In this document: positions 25,561-36,693 of the stretch, piece by piece | Position numbering within the stretch: position 1 is the first letter of the stretch | Layout of the letters: every line of letters begins with the position of its first letter | NCBI GenBank assembly: GCA_907165135.1 | Contig: OU015568.1 | Coordinates: 4,836,001-4,900,000 of the forward strand | Origin: Oikopleura dioica | Taxonomy: Eukaryota; Animalia; Chordata | Direction: 5' to 3' | Length of the DNA: 64,000 bases | Translations under genes and position numbers: made by a program | Notes under the pieces: model-generated | What the model saw: the letters and a program-made list of their open reading frames with translations, nothing else | Told to the model about the DNA's origin: nothing | Database searches by the model: none

Positions 25561-27733
25561 ATGTCTACGAATATGTCGACCCGTGCATACTCAGAGAGTT
25601 CCCTTGGTTCTTATCAAGATGTTGACGTTCCAAATCCTCCGAATTATTTGACTCCCATTCTTGAGACCGAAGAAACTGAGGGTAAAGCCGCGAAAGAGAC
25701 GAAGAAAAATGTCAAATTCTTGACAATTTTAAGCGTTATCTTTGGAATAAGTGAATGTTTGAAACAATGAAAAATAATTATCAATACTAATCAATAGGCT
25801 CGGCAAAATATTTGGAATTAAGAAGATTTGGAGTAACAAAATCTGGAGCAACCGAAATTTTAAAACCAATTTCTAAGGGTGTTTAGGGCCTCCCGGCCCC
25901 CTCCAACCCTGGCGAAAACCCGGCTTTGGGCCCGGGCTTTCTTTTGACCGAGTCAGATACCCTTAATTATGACTTTAACACCCTTAAAAATCGGTTTGAA
26001 AATTTCGGTTGCTCCAGATTTTGTTACTCCAAATCTTCTCCTGAAATTGACTTTTGCCAAATCAATAATTTCTAACCTACACTGTAGTTATTAATGTTTG
26101 AGCTTATTCTCAAGTGTCAAACACAGACAGTCTTTTTGCTGTAATTGGAATTCTGATCATTGTTGGCTCAGAATCTGGGCTCGGCAATCTGAGTCATGGT
26201 CTGTAAGGTCAGAAATGAAAATCCGCATTGCCGCTTATTTATAAACGGCTTTGCCAGAAGTTAAAAATACGATTAAATGATAATCCAACCCTGACTCAGG
26301 CTTTCTACTCAGGTTGCCGAGCCCAGATCAGAATGGAACCCTGAAATATCAAAGCTTGGCGAAGAAATAGAAACCCTGAAAGCTTCGTATGAATATTCTA
26401 AGAATGAAACTAAAACTTGGAAAACTCTATCAAATGACCAGTCAAGCGAAATCGATAGACTTCGCCGAGAAATGAAATTTTTCATGTCCGACGAGCAAGC
26501 AATAATGGTCATTGCTTCATCTTATCAGAATTCTTATTATTATTTAATCAAACCAGATGGGGTAAAATTTGATATAACGGAACAAATAATGGGAAAGCCA
26601 GAACCAATAAATGGGCGACCATATTTTGTCAATACAATTTCGGCGATAATTCGAGGAGAAATGTTCATTTTTGGTGGAATTGATGATTCATCAAGACGAG
26701 TAAGGCCCATAAAATATGCCTTCAAAAATTGATAAATTAAGATTGTGAGATTAAATAATTTGGATATTTCATTCATTTTTATTGTCGAAAAAGATGTTCG
26801 GTTGACAATTGATATTGATGAAAGTTCATCCGTTACTTCTTTGAAAGATCAAGAATCAGGTTATTTTTGAATATTCGATTGTCTTTTTTCTCATGATCTT
26901 TAAGTTCTGCTTTGTTTTGAAAGCCTTTATGTTAATATTGACATTGGATGGAATGGAACATCTCGAAAATGTGTTGAATACGATGGGGGGAATTCTGTTG
27001 AAGAAAGAGCATCGACAATTTATACGCATAGAGACTCGTGTTTGGAGTACGAGTTCGAATTTTTCATGCTTTTTTGATAGTTTTTTGATCAACTTTTCAT
27101 TTTCTTAAAAAATGAACTCGTTTTAGCATTTTTGAATGGTAAAGCCATGGCTGTCGGAAGCTCACTTACGGACGGAGAGAGAAAGGTTGAAGAATTCGAT
27201 AATGGAAACTGGACGGAACTCACAAATTCACAACTTCCGAAGTAAAAATTGATGATATGATCAGTATTATTTTTCATTTTCAGACCTCTTGGTTCTCATT
27301 CTTGCATCACAGTCGATGATGCTCTACTTGTCTTTGGAGGCCAAGGATCATTATTCATTGGTTCTGGTTTTCTTACTCCACCTTCAACGGATGTATATAT
27401 GCTGCGAAATTATGAATGGAGAGTCGCTGCGAAACTACAAAATAATGTCCTTTGACCAGGAATATTTCATTTTATAATTTTCATTTTAGCACATTCTTTC
27501 ATCCCTTGCACGAATAAATAATTATATATTTATTATAAGTGGCCAGCAAAAACCGTAAGTTTTAATTCTTATTATATATAAAAAAATTGATGAGAATGTT
27601 TAGATTTCCCATTGAAACTGTTGTCTGGGATCACGAAAGAGCAAGCGAAATGTCCAATAGAAGTTCATTGTCGAATATACGCAATTTTAATATTCTGACT
27701 AGCGACTACACATACGAAGAATCACCAATGTAA
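25561..27733 (+). CDS. Membrane-anchored coiled-coil + Kelch-like beta-propeller protein
   Basis: Hydrophobic LFAVIGILIIVG, coiled coil, then blades GEMFIFGG, KAMAVGS...KVEEFDNGNW, HSCITVDDALLVFGG; ends ...YEESPM*. Confidence 0.6.
25821..26039. mobile_element. Foldback element with ~60-bp inverted arms, intronic
   Basis: AGAAGATTTGGAGTAACAAAATCTGGAGCAACCGAAATTTT...AAGGGTGTT paired with its reverse complement at 25976-26039. Confidence 0.8.
26174..26327. mobile_element. CCTGAGTCAGG-family MITE (154 bp) with 6-bp TSD, inside a coding region
   Basis: TIR TCTGGGCTCGGCAA / TTGCCGAGCCCAGA; TSD TCAGAA at 26168-26173 and 26328-26333. Confidence 0.8.
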
Positions 27734-27756
27734 GCAAAGTGAATTTCCGTCGACAA

Positions 27757-28087
27757 GAGGGCTGGCAAATTGGAATCCTACTACCCGTTCTGACTTGAGT
27801 TTGGACCCTATTGTTGGGGCCCCAACTTTTATTTTGTAATTTTTTGGATGGGTTAGGATGGGTTAAGAAAAGCCGTACTAACTCCGTATTAACTAAGTAC
27901 GGATTAACTACTAAGTTAGTAAGGCGCGCGCGCTGATTTGTCCGTCAATCAACGCGGTTGATTAAAAAAAAACAAGAAAATAGTACGAATTCGGAGGAAA
28001 AGCCCTTCTAACTCGTGCTAACTTTTGGTTAGAACCCCAACCATTTTTTGTTAGTACGGCTGTCGGGACCCCAATTTGCAAGGCCTG
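27757..28087. mobile_element. Degenerate hAT-like MITE
   Basis: Imperfect TIR GAGGGCTGGCAAATTGG / CCAATTTGCAAGGCCTG; flanks GTCGACAA and ATCGATAA (6 of 8 match). Confidence 0.5.
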
Positions 28088-28499
28088 ATCGATAAATTAT
28101 CGACGATAATGATAATTTTAGTTTTCCCGTCAGCGAAGAAACCATCATCAGCCATCACTCGGAAGGCTTTTCCAGACCGATTGTTTTCCCACTCACTGAT
28201 AATCAATACGATCATATTAAACTTTTGCGTGGTTTAGAGCTAGAGGAAGAGCTCGGAGAAAGAAAATTTGATGAATAAAAAACTCTTTAAAACACTCAAA
28301 AAAGTTTTTTTTTGAAGAGTCTGCAAATATTTTTTAAGAAATAAAAAAAAAATAAAAAAGTTTTATTTTATTTTAGCTTGTGAAAGCTCTTGGCTCCGGA
28401 AAACAGCTTATCATTGAATTCGATTATTCAATGCAGAGTTCCAAAAAACACAAAATTCTCGCGTGTGCGTGCGTGCGCGTGCGGAGAAATTTAGAATTT

Positions 28500-29135
28500 T
28501 GCGTGAGCTGAGCAGTCATTTTGGAAAATGATCTGATCTGCTCAGCTCACCTCAGCTCAGACAATTTCCACTTAGCTCAGCTCAGGTCAATGATTTGCAT
28601 ACAATTTCAAAAAACAGTTATAAACAGCTCAGATCAGCTCAATCAGCTTAGTTCTAATATGGGTCCGCTTAGCTCCAGAGTTATACATTTGGCAAAATTT
28701 TCTCGTAGCGGACATAGCGGAGCTGACCCGAAAATTTAGCGGAGCTGACCAAAAAAATTTTCCCCGTAGCGGAGCTGACTAATTTTCTTTTCCCCGTAGC
28801 TGAGCGTAGCGGAGCTGACTCAAAAATTTTTCTCCGTAGCTAAGCGTAGCGGAGCTGATCAATTTTTTGTGACCCGTAGCGGAGTCCGTAGCGGCCTTTT
28901 TTACACAGAGAGTGGCCTTATTTTACAGAGAAAGGGGCCTTATTTTACAGAGAAAAGAGCCCAAACTTAGTCAGCTTAGTAGTGGTGGAGCTGAGGGGAA
29001 AGTTAAGCTAAGCGTAGCGGAGCTGATAAAAAAAATTTTCTCCGTAGCTGAGCGTAGCGGAGCTGGTAGAAATTTTCTTCACTGTAGCTCAGCGTAGCGG
29101 AGCTGAGCAAAGAATTTTTTTCCCGTAGCGGGGAA
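28500..29135. repeat. CTCAG/GCTGA pentamer tract followed by periodic GTAGCGGAGCTGA array (probable truncated hAT-type element)
   Basis: About 10 GTAGCGGAGCTGA units spaced by A/T runs; CAGAGTT at 28676 matches the start of the 7853 TIR; no right TIR found. Confidence 0.7.
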
Positions 29136-29477
29136 AATCAGTCGCAAAGCGAAATTACTATCGGTAACCACACGGAAGCTTGCGTCAAGCCAATTATATT
29201 CCCTTTTGATCAAATTTGGCATGACGGATTCAAAGAAAAGGAGTATTTGACACGAGTTCCACTGTGGAATACATAATTATGCGATTAAATAAATTTATGT
29301 TGGAAATAAATAAACAGTTAAAAAGCCCTCGCGAAGGGATCATTTTATTTTGGTTGTTAAAAATGAAATATTTTCAAGTTCTTTTTCAGATTTTTTATCA
29401 ACAGAAGAATAAGTCAGATCAGTCCTTTGAAAAGTTTTGATTTTTTCGGACTTTCGATCTGACCATTGTGTGTTCAT

Positions 29478-30228
29478 CTAATATCGATTCTTCTTTCCGC
29501 CCTTGCCGCCCTTTTTACGGGTGGTGGTAGTCGTAGTAGTGGTGGTTGTGGTGGTGGTGAGGCCGAGGTTCTTCTTGTAGAGATCCTTGAGCTTTTCTTC
29601 CCATTTGTTAGCGCGGTTGACCTGCAATTCTGGCTGAAGAGGGCAGTCTGCAATGTATCGAAGCGCCCATTTTCGGTAGCCTGTGAAGATTTGTCGGAGG
29701 CCGATCAGAGGGTTGTTCTGTTGAATGAGTTAAAAGATCATTTTTTAGGACTTACGGTGTCATATCTGACGGTGAGAAGATCATCCTCTTCAGCAGCAGC
29801 GGCCTGTTCCACTTGTTCTTGCTCAGCAGGAGCGTCAATTTCTCCGACTTCTCGTCGCTTTCTGAAAAAAAAAATACTTATCGAACTCGTCGATTTATTC
29901 TGAGATGCAAACCTGTACTCCGGAGCAGGTCCACCATGCTCGATATGAACATCAAAAAAGCCGCAGATTGAGAATCGCTTGCGCATTCGCTCCGAGTTGT
30001 TGGTAATTTTTCGGGCCCATCGCTCGCTAAAATCGCTGTAAGCGACGAAAAATCATTCATTACTTACGCTTGGTTAGGGCTCAAATTTGCGTTGGTCCAT
30101 TCAATTCCGAACTCGTTCAAAGTCTCGAGTCGCTGAATCGGAGTTCTATATGGAACCTTTCTTCCCTCTTCTTCTTGATTTTCTTGAGCCAAGACGGCGG
30201 CGGAAAAGAGACCCAAAAATAGTTTCAT
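29478..30228 (-). CDS. Secreted protein of unknown function with poly-Thr and basic C-terminal tail
   Basis: MKLFLGLFSAAVLAQ signal; ...RYD|NNPLIGLRQIFTGYRKWALRYIADC...RANKWEEKL, then T13 and RKKGGKGGKKNRY*. Confidence 0.75.
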
Positions 30229-30598
30229 TTTCAAGCTGAAAATATCAAATCAAGTTGTGCACCTTTTTGATACTTTTTAATCAGATGAAATTTTCAGTGC
30301 GAAAGGGACGGTTTTATAGCGAAGGGTTAGATGTAGCGCTAACCACCGAAATGGCGTAATTGGCGATCGGAAAAACACGTGGTTCAGGAGCATCGAAAAT
30401 TCGTGTCGGCCAGAAAAAATAAGGTGAAATTTCAAGTTCGCTATTTTTCAGCGCATTATTCGATCATCATGATGAGCAATTTAATTGACGTGGAAGGATC
30501 AGTACTTCCTGACGTTCTATTTGTTTGTCTACTTCAGTCAGAGTTGGCAATGATCGCCAGAAGCGACCTCAGAAAGGTTTGAACTCAAAGGAGAGAAA

Positions 30599-33535
30599 AT
30601 GAAGTTGGCTACTTTTCTGACAGTTTCTGCCGCCGGAACTGAAGCTGCTGGAAGATGGATGGGAGATCGCCCGGAATTGAGCAAGGAAGATGCGGATTCC
30701 TTTCTGAAAAGATACAGTACGTGACAGTAGGGAGAATCTGAGCAGATTCTTATTCTAGCGCGAATGAATTCCGTCCCTGGCGCAGCAGATGACTCCCTTT
30801 TGGAAGAAATGCGCACTGGAAATCTGGAGCGAGAATGCAACGAAGAAACTTGCGACTGGGCCGAAGCGTATGAAATCTTTGGCGACAAGGCGCAAACTGA
30901 CGATTTTATGTACAATCGACTTCACCAGTGCGAGATCAAGAATCCTTGTTTCAATTTGGGAACTGCTAGTTGTCAGAATAAATGGGATAGTTACTGGTGC
31001 CAGTGCTTGAGTGGGTGGTATGGGAAAGATTGTGATTTTATGGATACAAAAGGTAAACACCATAAAAAATTTCAAAATTTTTTTCGCCCCAAAATTGTTT
31101 CCTACATTTTGATGAGGATAAATTAAAAGTTTTATTAGGAAACCTACGTGCAATTTGTCGTTCTTAGATAAGCATAACTTCAGTTATCAATAACAGATGA
31201 GTTATAAATTATAACTTATAATTAAGATGGATACATGTGCCAACGAGCCACCGGTTGCAGTAGTCCTCTTATTGCCGCACCTCAAGTCGTCCTTGAATCC
31301 ACCGAAACTCAAGAAACAACAACAACAACCACCTCTACGACAACAACGAGAATTCAACAAAAACTATCAGCCTACGAACCAAGCGTTGAGTGCGATACAA
31401 TCAATGATCGATTTACTGTGAAAATGCCGCTTTCGTATGATGGCGACTTTTTGCTCGGCTGGGATATGATGACTGCCAACTGCGGGTTTACTTCGGAGGA
31501 TCAGCAAGGTGTTGTTTATTCTTACAAGTAAGAGGGTTTTTGGAAGATATTAGTCGAATGAAAATTGAGGTTTACTGAATGCGGAACGCAAATGAAACTC
31601 GACGAAAACGATCCAAATAAATTTGTCTACGAAAATAATCTCAGGTATCCGCCGTAATCAGCTTGTAATCTAGCTTTATTCTAGCCGAAAACCAGTACTT
31701 TCTGGAGGTGTTTACCGAGACTACGGAGCCATTTATAATTTCCGATGTATCATTGATCGTCTTGGTCATGTCGACAATGATTTTGTCAATGCAACGACTG
31801 GAGAAGTCTCTGGAGATATTTTGCCCGTTTATGTTGTTTCTGATAATATGATCTCAGGTTATGGTTGACTTGATATTGAGCACCTGAAGCGATGGTTAAT
31901 ACCGGATGGTACGATGGATTATACTTCTAGCTGATGTTTTAAATTTTATGTCTTCTTCAAAATATCCCCTAGATTAGATACCCAATTGTTTGAATTTATC
32001 TTCCTTTTATGGTTTCTCGAAAATCAATATTATAAAAACCATGATAAAAGCAATGGGTGAATACGAAAGCAACGACAAATTCATCTTCCGACTCAATGTT
32101 TACGAAGATTCTTCTTACCTCAACAGGTACACAACTCAAACGAGCGAATATGTAAAACATTTTCATTGAGATATAAAATGCAAGAGTTTCCTCTTCTCAA
32201 ATCTCTCAAAGAAAGAATCTATCTCGGGACAGAAGTCATCACCAAAATGGAGCACGAATACATCTTCACCAAGCGCTGCTGGGCCACGCCTTCTGTCGAT
32301 TCGGAAATGTACAGTTGCCCCCTTTTCAACCCCATCAGTTCTTTTCTAGCAATGTTGCTTACTCGCCAATTATCGACAACGGTTGCCCGTCAGATGCCTT
32401 CACTGCGCTACAAGCTCGGCTCAACCACGAAGATCGCTTCTCAACGGAGACGCTGAGGTTTCCCGAGTCTAATTACGTCTACATACAGGCAATGATTAAT
32501 GTCTTTAGAAAGTTTGAAAATCAATGTGTTTTAGTGCGATGTTATTGTCTGCGACCTGCGAAAACCTAATGTTAGGGGTTAAAAATTTATTGAAAAAACC
32601 TACAGTTTTTTTCCTCTTTTGTGGACCCCAAGTTTGTGGACATTTTTTCCATTTTAAGGCCTTTCAGTGGGACACTTTATAAAAGATGCTGTTCCAAGTT
32701 TGTGGACATTTTTTCGCGGAAGGAAATAAAAAAGACAATTTTTTGTGTGTTGAGATTAATTCTTGCTAATCAAGATCGAGTTGTTCATTGTTTACGAAAA
32801 AAAGACAAAATTAAAGGTTGAACTAGAGACAAAGGGGCCTTTGTCAGTCTTTCAGGAGCATAAATGCAAAGTCTAGAAAACCATTCGGCGTACTCAAATC
32901 TCGAAAAAAAAATTTTAAGCGATTTCGATGGGACATTTTTTCGAAAATTTTGGGACAAAAAATGTCCACAAAAGAGGAAAAGAACTGTATTTATATGTCT
33001 AGTAATATTAATTTGTATTGTAGAGAATTGATTTTCACTATAAATTATAGTCTATAATTAAGGCCTACGGGTTACCACATGGTCTTACCAGACGAGGTTA
33101 AACGTCGTTTATCATCTTCAAAGCGTTCTCTCATTAAAAACTCAGAAGGAAAAGGTTCTTCACTAAATTATGGTTTTAATAGTTTTGAAACAATATTACC
33201 ATCTTATAAAACTTAACCCTCTGTAAGACCCAGCTTGTCAATCCACCTGCCGAGCCGATGCTCCAACAAACCTCCAAGCTTCCGAGATCATCCGCCGAAA
33301 GCGACGATCCGCCTTCGACGAAACTTCTCACCCAGAACAAACCGTCACCCTCGGCCCCTTTTTGATCAAAGATCAGGAAGAGCAAGCTCAAGAAGAAGCA
33401 GCAGGTTTTAGCTTTTGGTCGACTAGTTTTGGCTGGGTCGTGGCAGGATGCGCGACTGTAAGTCTTGTCGCTTACGTCAGCCAGCGAAAGAAGTTTTCAA
33501 CGATCGAGCCGAATCATGAAAATACAGTTATGTAA
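30599..33535 (+). CDS. Gla domain - EGF - zona pellucida (ZP) domain type I membrane protein
   Basis: Signal + propeptide LSKEDADSFLKRYTR; Gla LLEEMRTGNLERECNEETCDWAEAYEIF; 6-Cys EGF; Thr linker; ZP motifs ECGT, CWATPS, IIDNGCP, YVYIQCDVIVC; TM near the C-terminus; some internal exon boundaries unresolved. Confidence 0.85.
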
Positions 33536-34071
33536 CTAAGATGATCATTTTTACTGTCAAAAAATAAAGGTCAGAAAAAAAGTCATTTTTACCAAAATTT
33601 TCGGTATTTTTTCGGTTTTTTTTACAAAAAATCATTTCACAGATCATAAATCAAAGAGTGTCTGCAGGTCTGTATTTATATATTTTTCCACGGCGTCTGC
33701 GCGGAGCATGTGAGAGTGAGCTCACGTGGTGTAGCTCTCCCTTTCCTTATTTTCCATTTCTACATGGCCGAAAGCCAAAAAACCGAGAGCCAGAGCGAGA
33801 TAAATTCAATTTCCCTGAAACCAAAACTCTTCGTTTTTATTATCGGACTCAAAAAGAAAGAAAGAACCATCAATCTTGAGGAACAGAAAAATAGCTAGTA
33901 GAGGATAGGTGTGAAAACACACTCATCAAGAAAGAACCTTGAATCAAAAGAATCGAGAAAGAAGGATCAACAATTTCGAGTCGATAAAAAGGAGGGGTTC
34001 TCGAGGGGAAAGAATTCAATTTTCTGAAGAAAAAATCAGAACGAGAAAGTAAAAAATCAATAAGAAGAAAA

Positions 34072-35656
34072 ATGACGAGCCCGATTTATTGCGCTACTGA
34101 TGGAACTGGACCAGGTATGACATGGATCTTTTGAGTTGAAAAAAATAAGGCGCTTATCAATTTATATTCATCATATTTCATTAAAACCCGCTTCGAGATA
34201 CTGTTCTAGATATTAATTGTAAAAACAGTAATGGCATCTTTTTAGCAAATAGTTATATAATTTCTTCAGATGAAATTACTGGAAAAAAAGAATGATAAGC
34301 CCATATTTTTGTCTCAATCGGGCCAGCTTAATGTATCAAATTAATTTATTCATATAAAATGACTCAACAATAGATTAAGGCTCTCAATGGATTCGAACAC
34401 GAAGTGGCTGGAGATCAAGCGAGTCTGAAAGTACTGTAGAAGAATCTCCACCTGACAAAGAAGAGGTCAAAGAGCTCCTAAGCTCGCACGTGACCAAACA
34501 GTGGCACAAGCAATGTCTCGTCCAAGCTCAAGGCATCAAAGGAGCGCCTCGTAAGTCAAAAAGCAGCTGGTTATCATCATCGTCTTTTTCTAGCGTCGCG
34601 GGCAGGAGCAAGCGAGAATTTATCCTACCTCCCGATTTTGACCAAAACGACTCAGGAATTCGGCTACACGACTCTTGGCGAAGCTCTCCGCCGGCTGAAC
34701 TTTCTTTCCGCCCTTGACGACCGCCTCAAGTTCAACTTCATTCTCGACGTCGTCCATCTTTGCGTCAAAGATCGACTTCTCTCTTTGTCTGGTTTTGCCA
34801 TCCGAAGACTGTTGGCTATCATTTCGCATATAATCGACAAAATGGAGGAGAGGAGTGAATTCGGGGCGAGGGATGATCTTCATGCGACGCTGGAAGTTTT
34901 TATCAAGAAATTGACGGAGTTCAAGAAGATCATTAGTTGCTCGCATTCTGGAATTCAACAGTAAGTTTGGATGGTTTCTTCTCTTCGGACACCATAAAAT
35001 TGATTTTGTTTTAAACAAATATAAATTTTTTCCCGCTAAAACGGCTGATAATACCATAGAAAATACGATACTTGTTGAACACTCTAAAGTTTGTTAAATA
35101 ATTTCAGGATGATAAATCAAAGCGAAAATTTAAAGCTCCGTCTTCATTCACTCCAGCTTCCTGAAGTTCAAAGACAGAAGAAAGAAGTCAACATAATCGA
35201 CCTTCCAAATGAAATTCAGGATAAGATCTTGCTATCCCTTACGACTCCAAAGGATTTTGACAGATTGGCGAAGGCGAATTCGAACTTTGGAGAAATCGTT
35301 TCTGTTTTTGAAGAGGTAAAATAGCCATGCTTTCCTTAAATTATTTTTGGTAGCTTCATCTGAAAAATATGGTTGATTTCCACTGGCAAGAGGAGCAAAA
35401 ACGCGACTGGCGTCTGCCAATCTGGAAATCCGACGCGCCGAAATCCGATTCCGTCAATCTCTCCGCCTCCGATCTACGAAATCAGCACCAGCGACTGCTG
35501 AAGAAACATGGTCTCCGAAAGGAATACTCGTCGATTCTAATTTTTTGTCCGAAAAACTCGATTTTATTCTGGGACGATGCAGAGCATCCTTATTCGATTT
35601 TTGAGGAAAATTTGAAAGAAATTTTTCCTGCTGATTTTGTCTCGTTTTTTGATTGA
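34072..35656 (+). CDS. FBXO25/FBXO32: F-box protein of the FBXO25/FBXO32 (atrogin-1) family
   Basis: PGSQWIRTRSGW N-terminal motif; FGYTTLGEALRRLNFLSALDDRLKFNFI...LLSLSGFA; F-box IDLPNEIQDKILLSL. Confidence 0.9.
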
Positions 35657-35735
35657 GCTGCTGACTTTTGGAAATAAATTGAAAGGTGCTTATTTCATTT
35701 TTTATTAAAAAGGGATTAGAATTTTCGCTTGAATT

Positions 35736-35951
35736 CTAGAGCGTCATTTTGATCATGTCGTCGATGTTTTTTGCAAGCCGCTTTGCAATATTCTTGCTTG
35801 CATAAGAATTGTACAGTAGCTCAGAAGTTATCAGATCGATGGGTCGGTGAGCCAAATCTTGGTATCGAGTGGCTTTTCTGTAGAAATTCCAAAAGTATCC
35901 ATAAACTGGCGCCGTCAAAAATAAAACAAGAAAAGTGTTTATTCGTACCAT
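35736..35951 (-). CDS. Small secreted peptide, tandem paralog 1 (71 aa)
   Basis: Signal peptide; aligns without gaps to the ORFs at 36128 and 36493. Confidence 0.7.
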   Translation of the reverse strand: MVRINTFLVLFLTAPVYGYFWNFYRKATRYQDLAHRPIDLITSELLYNSYASKNIAKRLAKNIDDMIKMTL

Positions 35952-36127
35952 AATTTCAAATAATTTATTTGAACGCTCAGATCGACATCAGCTTATATTG
36001 CCTTGATGTAAAACAGGTAGCATGATTTCCAATCAAGAAGAGAAGCCTTTGATTCCATTGAAAATTTTATTAAAAAAGAGTCTGGACTAGAATAATTTAT
36101 TCTTTCCTAATTTTTGGCAGAAAAAAG

Positions 36128-36316
36128 TTACATCATATAGCGCAGCTCTCGTGAAAGTTTCGGGAGTATTTCTTCCATCGAATAAGCTGCTTTGATTAGT
36201 TCTAAGGTATTATCCCTTACTGGCTTTTTCCACATCTCCTGATACTTCGTCGCCTTTCTAAAGAAGCACCAAGGGCTAGCAAAGACGGTCAGAACCATGA
36301 AAGAAAAGATTTTCAT
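36128..36316 (-). CDS. Small secreted peptide, tandem paralog 2 (62 aa)
   Basis: Signal peptide, TATAAAA (36357-36363, minus strand), duplicated 5' flank shared with paralog 3. Confidence 0.8.
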   Translation of the reverse strand: MKIFSFMVLTVFASPWCFFRKATKYQEMWKKPVRDNTLELIKAAYSMEEILPKLSRELRYMM

Positions 36317-36492
36317 GGCGTTTCGTAACTAACGTTTCATAATTCTGTAAATTTTGTTTTATACTCCTCCTCGGAATATATTGAAGCGCGGGTATTTCCA
36401 TTTTTGAATAAATAAAGAAAGAGATCGAGATGATTTTTCGTGAATCATTTTTTAATTAAGATTTCAGAGCGAAACCGGGACAGGGGAAAGAA

Positions 36493-36693
36493 TCACATCA
36501 TGTAGCGAAGTTCTCGTGAAAGTTTTGGGAGAATATTTTCCCTTGCATAAGCAGCTTTGAACAGTTCAAAAGTATTCCCCCTAGCAGGTCTTTTCCAAAG
36601 TTGCTGGTATTCTGTCGCGCTTCGGAAAAAGCACCAGGAGCTGCAAAAAGGCGAAGCAAAGACGGGGAGAATTATGAAAGAAGCGATTTTCAT
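36493..36693 (-). CDS. Small secreted peptide, tandem paralog 3 (66 aa)
   Basis: Signal peptide, TATAAAA (36735-36741, minus strand), C-terminus ILPKLSRELRYMM identical to paralog 2. Confidence 0.8.
   Translation of the reverse strand: MKIASFIILPVFASPFCSSWCFFRSATEYQQLWKRPARGNTFELFKAAYARENILPKLSRELRYMM

Noticed and set aside
7881-29135. GCTGA and GTAGCGGAGCTGA arrays as CRISPR-like repeats
   Set aside because: Eukaryotic intron/intergenic context, no unique fixed-length spacers, no cas genes; explained as transposon subterminal repeats
31840-31900. In-frame-looking TGA in the ZP region as selenocysteine or a pseudogene lesion
   Set aside because: More simply explained by an unresolved short intron; no SECIS identified
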